Of a DNA stretch of 64,000 nt, positions 1 through 8,907 are shown in pieces. Numbering within the stretch: the stretch's first letter is position 1; every line of letters begins with the position of its first letter. A program made the translations under genes and the position numbers. The DNA is taken from positions 17,034 to 81,033 of the forward strand of contig CAYMAU010000002.1 of the NCBI GenBank assembly GCA_964388525.1, written 5' to 3'. The notes under the pieces were generated by a model, which was given only the letters and a program-made list of their open reading frames with translations, did not search any database and was not told the DNA's origin. Source of the stretch: an uncultured Aquiluna sp. (GTDB lineage: Bacteria > Actinomycetota > Actinomycetes > Actinomycetales > Microbacteriaceae).

Positions 1-101
1 AGATTGGCATCCAAGATGCTGTTCAGATCCGCGATGCTCTCAGAAGATTTGTAGCTCATTCTGTTGAGCTTGGTCCGCTCCGAGGAGCCTGGGGTACTCA
101 T
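1..101 (-). CDS. Partial ORF (N-terminus only), possibly the EIIC partner of the adjacent PTS EIIA/EIIB pair
   Basis: ATG at 101 (second in-frame ATG at 59) lies 9 nt downstream of the EIIB stop on the same strand and stays open to the window edge (MSTPGSSERTKLNRMSYKSSESIADLNSILDAN...). The function is guessed from operon position only. No clear SD. Confidence 0.3.
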   Translation of the reverse strand, partial: MSTPGSSERTKLNRMSYKSSESIADLNSILDAN

Positions 102-110
102 TCTGCAAGA

Positions 111-383
111 CTAGCTCAGCGTGGCTTTTAGCTTTTCGCCTAATTCACCCAAATCAAAAATGTTATTTATAGCAATTACCTCGGCAGGAATCCCGACAAG
201 TTGGTCGAGGATTTCCGGCGTAGCCAAAACCACCTGTGCCATTTTGTCGGCCCCACGAGCTTCTTCTATTGAGACAGCGCGAACCTCTGCTTCGATACCC
301 AGCATTGAAAGAGCCCTCTCGGCATTGGATTTCAGTAGAACACTGGTCCCAATCCCCGCTCCACACACTGCGTAAATTAACAT
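111..383 (-). CDS. PTS sugar transporter subunit EIIB (ascorbate/galactitol UlaB-like type)
   Basis: 90 aa. The N-terminal MLIYAVCGAGIGTSV carries the phospho-Cys loop typical of UlaB/SgaB-type IIB domains. Immediately follows an EIIA gene. Confidence 0.8.
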   Translation of the reverse strand: MLIYAVCGAGIGTSVLLKSNAERALSMLGIEAEVRAVSIEEARGADKMAQVVLATPEILDQLVGIPAEVIAINNIFDLGELGEKLKATLS

Positions 384-390
384 AACTAAA

Positions 391-864
391 TTAAAGCGCT
401 TTTTTAAAAAGAATGTCCTTAATGACGCTCACGGCAGAAGCATTTAACAAGTTATTCATAACCTCATCGGTACTCATTAGCTGTCCAAAATCGCCCAGCA
501 TTTCTATGTGCTCGCTGACATTTGGGGAGCACATCGAAAAAATCAGACTGACCGGATCATTTGCGGATCCAGAGATAACCGGCTCGGCAAGCCTCAGAAG
601 TGCCATGCCTGGGGCTGAAACTGAATTTGACGGCTTGGCATGAGCTAGAGCGAGTCCAGGGGCAATCACAAAGTACGGGCCCAAAGCTTTTAGGCTTTCT
701 GAAACCTCGTCGACATAACTGAGTTTCGCTTTACCTGATTCGACCAGAAGTAAAACCGATTGCGACACTGCGTCAGCGAAGCTTGGTGACTTGTCTTGAG
801 TGACAATAGATCCTGCGCCAAAATAGCTACTCAGCACCGTTTGCCTCAGCGAAACCGGCTTCAA
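391..864 (-). CDS. PTS EIIA component (PTS_EIIA_2, fructose/mannitol/ascorbate family)
   Basis: 157 aa with an LALAHAKP segment containing the candidate phospho-His. The start is uncertain: TTG at 864 overlaps the add stop by 38 nt, and an alternative in-frame GTG at 837 overlaps by 11 nt. Confidence 0.78.
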   Translation of the reverse strand: MKPVSLRQTVLSSYFGAGSIVTQDKSPSFADAVSQSVLLLVESGKAKLSYVDEVSESLKALGPYFVIAPGLALAHAKPSNSVSAPGMALLRLAEPVISGSANDPVSLIFSMCSPNVSEHIEMLGDFGQLMSTDEVMNNLLNASAVSVIKDILFKKAL

Positions 865-1918
865 TCATCTCGATTAGCTCTTCGCGCTCATCCACCGCTT
901 GAAAAGCGGCCTCGGCGGCGTTTAGCTGCAACTGCTCCAGGTCTGCCAGCTTGTAGCCAAAAGTATCGACCAAAATCTGCAGTTCCTTGGTGAGGTTTGT
1001 GGAACTCATAAGCCGGTTGTCAGTATTCACGGTTATGTTGAACCCGAGGTCATACATGATGTCGATCGGATGATCGGCCATCGTGTCGCCCAAGATACTA
1101 AAAGATCCAGTTTGCAGGTTCGAAGAAGGAGAGACCTCAAGGGCTATTTGTCGATCATGCACCCACTGAGCGACCGGGCCAAGAACCACTAGATCAGTGT
1201 CACCATCGGTTCTTGAGAACATGATGTCCTCCACCAATCGAACTCCGTGTCCTATCCTGAGCGCTCTTCCGGAAACTATTGCGTCCTTAATGGACTCAAT
1301 GCCGCTTCCTTCTCCTGCGTGAACGGTGCAGGGAAATAACTCAGCTGCGAGGTAGTCAAATGCCAATTGGTGCCTGGATGGTAAAAAGCCTTCTTCGGCC
1401 CCTGCAATGTCAAAGCCGACGACTCCATCGTTACGGTGCCTAACTGCAAGCTCCGCGACCTCGAGAGCCCTGTCCGCGTGACGCATCGCAATAATGATCT
1501 GACCAGTGCGAATGAACCCGCCTTGGTCACCCACTTCCTCCATGCCACGCTCAAGGCCGTCCTGCACTGCTTCAACTGCCTCATCAAGGCTTAGGCCCAA
1601 GTTCAAGTGCTGTTCGGGGGCCCACCGTAATTCCGCATAAATTATATTTTCGCTCGCCAAGTCAATGACAGCTTCAAAGGCGACTCGTTCGAGCCCCGCG
1701 CGAGTTTGCATGACACCCACGGTGTGCTGAAAAGTTGAGAGATACCTCTCCAAGGAGCCCGAGTCTGCATTTTCTGCAAACCAGTCCGCTAACTCCAGCG
1801 CATTGGTGCTTGGTAATTCGTGCCCAATTTCAGCGGCGAGGTCAATGATGGTTTGGGGCCTAAGCCCGCCATCTAGGTGGTCGTGGAGCGAAATTTTCGG
1901 AAGCGCTGCGATGTCCAT
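827..1918 (-). CDS. add: Adenosine deaminase
   Basis: 363 aa. N-terminal SLHDHLDGGLRP metal-binding motif, plus HAGE and SxNTDN-like (TVNTDNRL) motifs characteristic of adenosine deaminase. Confidence 0.93.
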   Translation of the reverse strand: MDIAALPKISLHDHLDGGLRPQTIIDLAAEIGHELPSTNALELADWFAENADSGSLERYLSTFQHTVGVMQTRAGLERVAFEAVIDLASENIIYAELRWAPEQHLNLGLSLDEAVEAVQDGLERGMEEVGDQGGFIRTGQIIIAMRHADRALEVAELAVRHRNDGVVGFDIAGAEEGFLPSRHQLAFDYLAAELFPCTVHAGEGSGIESIKDAIVSGRALRIGHGVRLVEDIMFSRTDGDTDLVVLGPVAQWVHDRQIALEVSPSSNLQTGSFSILGDTMADHPIDIMYDLGFNITVNTDNRLMSSTNLTKELQILVDTFGYKLADLEQLQLNAAEAAFQAVDEREELIEMIEAGFAEANGAE

Positions 1919-1955
1919 TTGTTCCTAACTAACCATGTTTCTTGTTGGTCTAGGT

Positions 1956-3233
1956 CTAATTGACCCGTCCAAGGATTAGCTTACGTTCCGCCGGCTTGCT
2001 TTCTTGGAATCCAATTGCCTCTTCGGCAATTGCGATTGCTCGCTCAAACCGCTCTGGGGTGTCGGTGTAAAGAGTCATTATCGGTTCTCCGGCTTTTACG
2101 TGGTCGCCGAGTTGAGCATGCAATTCGACTCCGGCTCCAAACTGAACCTCATCTTCTTTGCGCTCTCTTCCGGCTCCGAGCCTCCAGGAAGCGACGCCGA
2201 TTGACAAAGCTTCCAACTTCGAAATGAATCCGGACTGGCTAGCTCTAATAATGTGCGAATCCGTGGCCTTTGGCAGTTTGGCATCTGGGTCTCCACCCTG
2301 CGCCGCAATCATCTTCCGCCAAACATCAAGAGCTTTGCCGTTATTTAGATTCTCGCGAGGGTCCACGTCTGGCATACCGCTCAGCGAAAGCATCTCCCTG
2401 GCCAATTCCACCGTTAGTTCCACGACATCGGCTGGGCCTCCGCCAGAAAGAACCTCCACCGATTCCTCGACCTCGAGTGAGTTACCAATCTTCTTACCCA
2501 AAGGAGTAGACATGTCGGTCAATAGCGCCGAGGTGTTAACACCGGCATCTTTTCCGAGCTGTACCAACACCGTTGCCAATTCATTCGCTCTGTCAAGGGT
2601 CTTCATGAATGCGCCGGAACCGACCTTTACATCCAGAACCAGTGACGAAGTCCCTTCGGCAATCTTCTTGCTCATGATTGAAGAAGCGATAAGGGGAATT
2701 GCCTCCACTGTTCCCGTGACATCCCGCAGTGAATATAATTTGCGATCTGCAGGTGCAAGCCCTTGACCAGCGGCACAAATGACTGCCCCCACATCGGCTA
2801 GCTGGCTGTATAGCTCTGTGTTCGAAAGACTGGCCTGCCAACCCGGAATTGCCTCTAATTTATCCAGTGTCCCACCGGTATGGCCAAGACCACGACCACT
2901 TAGCTGAGGAACCGCAATCCCATAGGAAGCAACCAACGGAGCCAGCGGCAAGGTGATCTTGTCCCCCACGCCACCGGTGGAATGCTTGTCTGCGGTGGGC
3001 TGGGTGAGTCCAGAGAAGTTCAATCGCTCTCCGGAGGCAATCATCGCCATCGTCAGGTCTTTGATTTCATCTCGGCTCATGCCGTTTAGCAAAATAGCCA
3101 TGGCCATTGCAGACATTTGCTCGTCCGCCACCACGCCAGAGGTGTAGTTCTCAACCAGCCAGTTGATTTCGGCGGAACTAAGCGCTCCGTGTTCGCGCTT
3201 TTTAATAATCAGTTCTACGGCACTAAAGCTCAT
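1956..3233 (-). CDS. deoA: Thymidine/pyrimidine-nucleoside phosphorylase
   Basis: The long ORF runs 1956..3359. The conserved family N-terminus begins at ATG 3233 (MSFSAVELIIKKREHG...). The DKHSTGGVGDK and SGRGLGHTGGTLDKLE motifs are diagnostic. The upstream 42 codons overlap cdd and are probably not translated. Confidence 0.92.
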   Translation of the reverse strand: MSFSAVELIIKKREHGALSSAEINWLVENYTSGVVADEQMSAMAMAILLNGMSRDEIKDLTMAMIASGERLNFSGLTQPTADKHSTGGVGDKITLPLAPLVASYGIAVPQLSGRGLGHTGGTLDKLEAIPGWQASLSNTELYSQLADVGAVICAAGQGLAPADRKLYSLRDVTGTVEAIPLIASSIMSKKIAEGTSSLVLDVKVGSGAFMKTLDRANELATVLVQLGKDAGVNTSALLTDMSTPLGKKIGNSLEVEESVEVLSGGGPADVVELTVELAREMLSLSGMPDVDPRENLNNGKALDVWRKMIAAQGGDPDAKLPKATDSHIIRASQSGFISKLEALSIGVASWRLGAGRERKEDEVQFGAGVELHAQLGDHVKAGEPIMTLYTDTPERFERAIAIAEEAIGFQESKPAERKLILGRVN

Positions 3234-3621
3234 GGCGTTGAAGATCCTTCGGTCCAAAGGCATCCGGGAGTACCTCGTTGATTGTTTTAATTCCCGAAAC
3301 AGTTTGAAGAAGCATCCCCTCGGCACTGTGCTCATAGAGCAACTGCCGACATCGGCCACAAGGCATCAATGGATTTCCCTGACCGTCAACGCAAGCAAAT
3401 GCAACGAGTTGACCGCCTCCGGTGCGAAACAGCTCACTTACAAGCGAGCATTCCGCGCAGAGCGCGAGCCCGTAGGACGCATTCTCAACGTTAACGCCCG
3501 TGATGATGCGACCATCGTCACAGATAGCAGCGGCACCAACTGGAAACTTCGAGTACGGAGAATACGATTTTGGAAGCACATCAATGGCTTGTTGGGTTAG
3601 GTTCTCCCAGTCGATTTTCAT
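3223..3621 (-). CDS. cdd: Cytidine deaminase
   Basis: 132 aa. Zinc motifs CAECSLV and PCGRCRQ. Sits in the conserved cdd-deoA-add arrangement. Confidence 0.93.
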   Translation of the reverse strand: MKIDWENLTQQAIDVLPKSYSPYSKFPVGAAAICDDGRIITGVNVENASYGLALCAECSLVSELFRTGGGQLVAFACVDGQGNPLMPCGRCRQLLYEHSAEGMLLQTVSGIKTINEVLPDAFGPKDLQRHEL

Positions 3622-3624
3622 GCA

Positions 3625-4878
3625 CTATCCCTTCACGTATGGCACTGCTAGTGCCTTCGGAGGCCTGGATTTACCAACGAAACCGACAACCGCAATGATT
3701 GTTACTACGTAAGGGACCATGGTTATAAAGTCCGTCGGAATTCCCGGACTTACTTGGTTCGCCCACACTCTTAGAATGATCGAAAACCCGAACAAGAGTG
3801 CCGCAAGGGACGCGTAGATTGGGTTCCAGCGACCGAGGATGACCACCGCAAGAGCAATAAATCCAAAGCCTCCAGACATCTCTCGGCCAAAAGCTCCTGC
3901 GTTACCAATTGTTAGCGCAGCGCCGCCAAGGCCCGCTATTGACCCACCGATAGTTACCCACCAGAATCTGGTTCGCCCCACATTAATACCTACTGTGTCA
4001 GCGGCCAATGGGTGCTCACCAACTGCCCTTGCTCGAAGCCCCAATCTGGTCTTGAATAAAATGAACCAAATAGTAGGCACAATCAAAATGGCGAGGAAAA
4101 CCGTGATGCGATTTTCGAAGAACACGGGACCCAGAAGCGGAATGTCACTCAATACCGGAATTTTGATTATGTCCATGGTGCCGGGAAAGTTCACGTTCTG
4201 GGCATCCTCTGTGAGCCACTGCTGATATAAGAAATTAGTAACCCCGATAACCAGAACGTTCAGCACGACGCCAACAATAATCTGCTGCGCCAGGAACTTG
4301 ATGGAAAATATCGCCAAGATCATCGAAACTAGGGCGGAGGTGACCATTGCGGCGATTACTCCAAACAGAAAATTATCCGTGATTGATGACACGACTGCCG
4401 CCATGAACGCTCCGGTTAGAAGCTGGCCCTCGATGGCTATGTTCGTTATTCCCACGCGCTCACTCATGATTCCAGCCATCGCCCCAAGAATGATTGGGAC
4501 CGCCAAAACCAAAGCCGTGCCGGCGATAAACGCAATTGGAACCGATTTTTCAGCCGCTAGCCAGCCAAGTAACGCTGTTACTCCGACGGCACCAAAGACA
4601 ATCGAAACCCATATCGGGGTCTTGAGGTTCTTTATGGCCCTGGAAAGCGAAAAAGCCGCCAATGCAAACATTGCTAAGCCGGAGAGGACTCCAAGCAGAC
4701 TGGAGTCGATATCTAAGGTGGGGAGCTGAAGGGAATCGGTTCGCCTAGATATCTCAAAAGCGACCATTCCATCGCGCCCCAGAAGCCCTAAAAGCACAAG
4801 TGTCAAAAGGCCAATCGAGCCCATTACGATCGGCGACTTGTAGCCAACCTTTACTTCCGTTTCTTTTGAGGTGGTCAT
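3625..4878 (-). CDS. ABC transporter permease (BMP/nucleoside-type importer, second permease)
   Basis: 417 aa polytopic membrane protein. 4-nt overlap with the upstream permease. Part of the SBP-ATPase-permease-permease operon. Confidence 0.85.
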   Translation of the reverse strand: MTTSKETEVKVGYKSPIVMGSIGLLTLVLLGLLGRDGMVAFEISRRTDSLQLPTLDIDSSLLGVLSGLAMFALAAFSLSRAIKNLKTPIWVSIVFGAVGVTALLGWLAAEKSVPIAFIAGTALVLAVPIILGAMAGIMSERVGITNIAIEGQLLTGAFMAAVVSSITDNFLFGVIAAMVTSALVSMILAIFSIKFLAQQIIVGVVLNVLVIGVTNFLYQQWLTEDAQNVNFPGTMDIIKIPVLSDIPLLGPVFFENRITVFLAILIVPTIWFILFKTRLGLRARAVGEHPLAADTVGINVGRTRFWWVTIGGSIAGLGGAALTIGNAGAFGREMSGGFGFIALAVVILGRWNPIYASLAALLFGFSIILRVWANQVSPGIPTDFITMVPYVVTIIAVVGFVGKSRPPKALAVPYVKG

Positions 4879-6110
4879 TTGGAGCCTCCCCCGCGCGCGA
4901 ATATTCGTTTTCGGATGGATTCGAGGGCATTAGTCGTCTGTGGCTTAGGCAGTCTGAACAGTGCCCGAATCAAGGGCGGAGCCGCAATGAACAGCACTAT
5001 CGCTCCCTGAACGATTCCAAGCACTTCCGGGCTTACTCCGAAAACCTGCATGGAGGGCGCACCGGCCTTAAAGGCTCCGAAGAGCAGGCCGGCCAGCAAA
5101 ATTCCTGGTCCTGATGACCCGCCTAGCAAGGCAACCGTAATTGCATCAAAGCCAATGTTCGCGTGACTCGAAGGAGTAACACCGATTGCAGTTCCCAGAG
5201 TCTGGTTGGCTGCAGCAACGCCAACAAAACCGGCCGACAGCGCCATAGCTAAAATGTAAGTCTTTTCGACATTTATTCCGGCGGCCCTAGCGGCATCCGG
5301 ATTAAAGCCCACCATTCTCAACCGATACCCAATCGTGCTTCGCTCCATTAGCCACCAGAAAACCACAACTGCCAGCAGTGCGAAGATTAGACCCCAGTGC
5401 AGCGAATAATTATCTCCCAGCAATTTGGGAAGCAGTGCCGTTTCGGCAGCAGGGTCCGCCTTTGGGTTGCCGGACGCTCGAGATTCCTGCAACAGCGCAG
5501 GGTCTCGCATCAAGAACGTAAAGAAATAAAGCGCGATGTAGTTAAACATGATTGTCAAGATCACCTCATGTGCACCCGTCCTAGCCTTCAGGAAGCCCAC
5601 AAATGCACCCAAAAGCGCAGCGCCGACTATTCCGGCTATCAGAGCAACGACCATGTGTAGCACAAAGGGAAGCTCAAGCCTCGTAGCTACGAATGTCGCG
5701 AATATCATTCCGAAGATTAGCTGCCCGGTTCCACCAATATTGAATAGGCCCACCCGAAAAGTAAGCCCTATGCCAAGTCCGGCAGCAATAAGAGGTGCGC
5801 CCAAACGAAGAGTCTCCGTTAGCGGCCTGATTGCTTTTTCAAATGTTTCCGCATCGGCGTTGTAGATAGCTCCCCGGAAAAGCGCTCCATAGCCATCATT
5901 TACAACAGCGAAGGCAGCCCCTATGGCGTCTCCAGGCCGAGCCAATATGTATCCGAGGGACTCAACAAATTCCTTGTTTGAGCCAATCATGAATAACGCA
6001 CCCACCAAGAAACCTAGCAAGATGGAGATAACTGTTCGCACCAAACCACCGGAGAAAATTTCACGCATTACCTGCGGCATCGTGTTGTCAGCCTTGTTTA
6101 TTTCACTCAT
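4875..6110 (-). CDS. ABC transporter permease (BMP/nucleoside-type importer, first permease)
   Basis: 411 aa polytopic membrane protein. 4-nt overlaps with both neighbours. Confidence 0.85.
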   Translation of the reverse strand: MSEINKADNTMPQVMREIFSGGLVRTVISILLGFLVGALFMIGSNKEFVESLGYILARPGDAIGAAFAVVNDGYGALFRGAIYNADAETFEKAIRPLTETLRLGAPLIAAGLGIGLTFRVGLFNIGGTGQLIFGMIFATFVATRLELPFVLHMVVALIAGIVGAALLGAFVGFLKARTGAHEVILTIMFNYIALYFFTFLMRDPALLQESRASGNPKADPAAETALLPKLLGDNYSLHWGLIFALLAVVVFWWLMERSTIGYRLRMVGFNPDAARAAGINVEKTYILAMALSAGFVGVAAANQTLGTAIGVTPSSHANIGFDAITVALLGGSSGPGILLAGLLFGAFKAGAPSMQVFGVSPEVLGIVQGAIVLFIAAPPLIRALFRLPKPQTTNALESIRKRIFARGGGSK

Positions 6111-7612
6111 GCGGTCACTCCAGCCATTAGCTTGCCGAGATCTTCTCTAGAAGTATTCGGTTCTACAATTCCAACTATTTTGCCGCGATACATCACTGCA
6201 ATTCGATCGGCCAGCGCCAAGACTTCGTCGAGTTCGGAAGAAATCAAGATCACAGCCTTACCAGCATCTCGCTCAGCAATTATTTGCTCGTGTATAAACT
6301 CAATAGAGCCCACGTCTACCCCTCGGGTTGGCTGAGAGGCGATCAAGAGGCTTACCTCTCTAGATAGCTCCCTGGCGACAACTACTTTTTGTTGGTTACC
6401 GCCCGAAAGCTTATTAGCAACCGTCTCTGCGGATGGAGTTCGAACATCGAACTGCTCGACAAGCTCTTTGGCAATCCGCTTGCGAGCTCCAAAGTTTATG
6501 TTCAGACCCTTAGTGAACCTTGATTTATAAGAGGAGTTCAACATTAGATTTTCGGCAATCGTAAACTCGGAAACCAAGCCATCGCTCTGGCGATCTTCAG
6601 GAATAAACCCGACGCCACTCTCCAGAACCTCGCGCACTGACTTGTTTGTTATCTCCTTGCCGTTTAGGTTCACTTTGGCTTTTGACCCCAGGGCCTTCCT
6701 CAGCCCAAGTAAGAATTCGGCTAGTTCGGTTTGACCGTTGCCCTGAACTCCGGCAAGGGCCAAAATCTCTCCGCCTCGAACCTCGAAGCTCACATCATTT
6801 ACTGCCTTTTGAGATCGATCATCTAGGACGGTTATGTGCTCGGCTTCTAAAACCACATCTCCCAGTACTGCTGGCTTCTTGTTCACCGTCAGCATCACTT
6901 CACGACCAACCATTAGAGATGCAAGTTCCGAGGTTTCAGCATCGGGCTTGGCCGAGCCGACAACTTTGCCGAGCCGAATAACAGTGATTCGGTCAGCCAC
7001 TGCTTTTACTTCACGAAGCTTGTGGGTGATAAAAACAATGGAGGTGCCGCTTTTGGCAAGTTGGCGCATGATCTCCATCAGCTCGTCAGTCTCCTGAGGA
7101 GTGAGTACTGCAGTTGGCTCGTCCAGCACGAGGATCTTGGCGTCTCTTGAAAGCGCCTTGATAATTTCGACTCGCTGCTGGGCTCCCACTGGAAGGTCCT
7201 CAATTAGAGCGTCCGGGTCGATGTTGAAGCCAAACCGCTCCGATATCTCTAAAACTTGCTTTTTCGCCTGAGCTAAATCAATTACCCCAAAGGCCTTAGT
7301 CGGCTCGTGGCCGAGGGCAACGTTCTCTGCAACAGTAAAGACGGGGATGAGCATGAAGTGCTGATGCACCATTCCGATTCCGGCCGCCATGGCATCGCCT
7401 GGTCCGGAGAAGTTCTGCCTAACGCCATCGATTTCTATGTGGCCCTCATCGGCGGTGTATAGGCCGTAGAGGACGTTCATCAACGTGGACTTGCCAGCGC
7501 CATTTTCGCCGAGCAGAGCATGAATCTCACCGGGTTCAATAACTAGGTCAATATCTTCGTTCGCAGTGACTGCGCCAAAGCGCTTCGTGATTCCGCGTAG
7601 TTCAAGTTTCAA
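6107..7612 (-). CDS. ABC transporter ATP-binding protein with duplicated ATPase domains (sugar/nucleoside importer type)
   Basis: 501 aa. Walker A GENGAGKST, signature LSGGNQQK and a second degenerate NBD. TTG start at 7612 preceded by AAGGGG. Confidence 0.9.
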   Translation of the reverse strand: MKLELRGITKRFGAVTANEDIDLVIEPGEIHALLGENGAGKSTLMNVLYGLYTADEGHIEIDGVRQNFSGPGDAMAAGIGMVHQHFMLIPVFTVAENVALGHEPTKAFGVIDLAQAKKQVLEISERFGFNIDPDALIEDLPVGAQQRVEIIKALSRDAKILVLDEPTAVLTPQETDELMEIMRQLAKSGTSIVFITHKLREVKAVADRITVIRLGKVVGSAKPDAETSELASLMVGREVMLTVNKKPAVLGDVVLEAEHITVLDDRSQKAVNDVSFEVRGGEILALAGVQGNGQTELAEFLLGLRKALGSKAKVNLNGKEITNKSVREVLESGVGFIPEDRQSDGLVSEFTIAENLMLNSSYKSRFTKGLNINFGARKRIAKELVEQFDVRTPSAETVANKLSGGNQQKVVVARELSREVSLLIASQPTRGVDVGSIEFIHEQIIAERDAGKAVILISSELDEVLALADRIAVMYRGKIVGIVEPNTSREDLGKLMAGVTA

Positions 7613-7650
7613 AAGACACCCCTTTGTGCATTTACTTTATGTCAAAAACT

Positions 7651-7700
7651 AAAAGCAAAAAGGCCGTGGGATTTACCCCACGGCCTTTTTGCTTTTTTTA
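7651..7700 (-). terminator. Intra-operon intrinsic terminator/attenuator hairpin between the SBP gene and the ATPase gene
   Basis: Perfect 20-bp inverted repeat, aaaagcaaaaaggccgtggg (7651-7670) with cccacggcctttttgctttt (7677-7696), and a 6-nt loop. A- and T-tracts on both flanks make it bidirectional in form. Confidence 0.7.
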
Positions 7701-7701
7701 A

Positions 7702-8793
7702 CTAGCTCTTCGGATCAATTTCACCGGAGTTGATTCCGGCTTCAATCTCGACTAGTCGAGCCTTTAGTTCGTCAGATAGCTTGGAGTCGAAGTCGTAGAA
7801 CGGGCTTAGGCCAGTTCCGCCATTCGCAAGCGTTCCAACGTATGCCTCACCGTCGAATGCTCCACCAGCTGAAAGCTCAGCAATGATGTCGTAAACGGCG
7901 TTGGTCATGCGCTTCTCAGCTGAAGTAAGCACGAATGGTGCATACTCTGGGGAGGTAAGGGCTACGTCCTTGTCAACACCAATCATGACGCCATCGATGC
8001 CGGCTTCCTTGATTGCTTCGGATGAAGCACCGAACTGGTCGCCACCAACTGGGAACAATACGTCAGCACCTTCGTTGATAAGAGCGGCAGCAATTGACTT
8101 TGAGGTTCCAGAGTTTGGAACGAAGTCACCGATGAACTGACCGGTTTGGGCCATTGGGTCCCAGCCAACAACGGTCACAGGGACACCGTTTTCGTTAGCC
8201 CAGGCCATTGCGCCATAATAGAAACCGTCCATGAAGTCAGTAACTGCTGGGATCTGAACTCCACCGTAAGTTCCAACAACCTTGGTTGTCGAGTATGCAG
8301 CAGCTGCATATCCTGCAAGGTAAGAAGACTCAGCCATGTTGTAAATAACTGGCTTTAGGTTTGCGTTGCCCTCTGACCATCCATCGATGGTTACGAAGCT
8401 CATGGTTGGGTTAGCAGCTGCGATTGCGTTAGCATCGGCCACCAAGTTAAAGCCCACTGCGAATGTAATGTCGCAGTTCGCGTCAACCATTGCCTGCAAG
8501 TTAGGAGCAAAGTCTTCGGCGGAGATTGACTCAGCGTCGGCAATCTGTGCTCCAAGGTCTGCTACGGCTTTTTCTAGGCCGTCGTATACCGACTCGTTGA
8601 ATGACTTGTCGTTCCAGCTACCTTCGTCAGAAACTGCACATGCCAAGTAGTCAATGGCTGGTGCTGCTTCTTCGGTTGCGGTAGCGGCGACTGTCTCGGT
8701 TGGCTCGGCCTCTGGGGCGGCAGCACAGCCTGACAGCACTAGTGCTGATACGCCCATTAGAGCGAAAGCAGCGGATGCATTATGTAGCTTCAA
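7702..8793 (-). CDS. BMP-family (basic membrane protein/PnrA-like) substrate-binding lipoprotein of the ABC importer
   Basis: The ORF extends to 8829. TTG at 8793 is preceded by AGGAGG at 4 nt and gives MKLHNASAAFALMGVSALVLSGC, a textbook lipoprotein signal with an LSGC lipobox. The body resembles the BMP/Med family. Confidence 0.88.
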   Translation of the reverse strand: MKLHNASAAFALMGVSALVLSGCAAAPEAEPTETVAATATEEAAPAIDYLACAVSDEGSWNDKSFNESVYDGLEKAVADLGAQIADAESISAEDFAPNLQAMVDANCDITFAVGFNLVADANAIAAANPTMSFVTIDGWSEGNANLKPVIYNMAESSYLAGYAAAAYSTTKVVGTYGGVQIPAVTDFMDGFYYGAMAWANENGVPVTVVGWDPMAQTGQFIGDFVPNSGTSKSIAAALINEGADVLFPVGGDQFGASSEAIKEAGIDGVMIGVDKDVALTSPEYAPFVLTSAEKRMTNAVYDIIAELSAGGAFDGEAYVGTLANGGTGLSPFYDFDSKLSDELKARLVEIEAGINSGEIDPKS

Positions 8794-8907
8794 GGTTCCT
8801 CCTGAATTATTTGAAGGCGCTCTTCGCACCTATTTAAGGGTTACTATAGCGCCAGAAATCGCATCTGAAACCCATATTCCAAAGCTTTACATTATCGAGA
8901 TGTTTGA

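Noticed and set aside
2158-2766. 202-aa + strand ORF antisense to deoA, plus neighbouring 60-80 aa ORFs
   Set aside because: Fully embedded in a strongly motif-supported gene on the other strand. Low-complexity Ser/Pro-rich translation typical of shadow ORFs.
3234-3359. N-terminal extensions offered by the ORF track. The coordinates given are for deoA (to 3359). The same issue applies to sdhC (from 9936), sdhD (from 10444), the BMP protein (to 8829), the ABC exporter (to 34962), HPr (to 47460), DUF3817 (to 45564), livH (from 55081) and the LivJ-like gene (to 60711).
   Set aside because: In each case a downstream start gives the conserved family N-terminus or a proper signal peptide, has a better SD, and removes a long overlap with the neighbouring gene.
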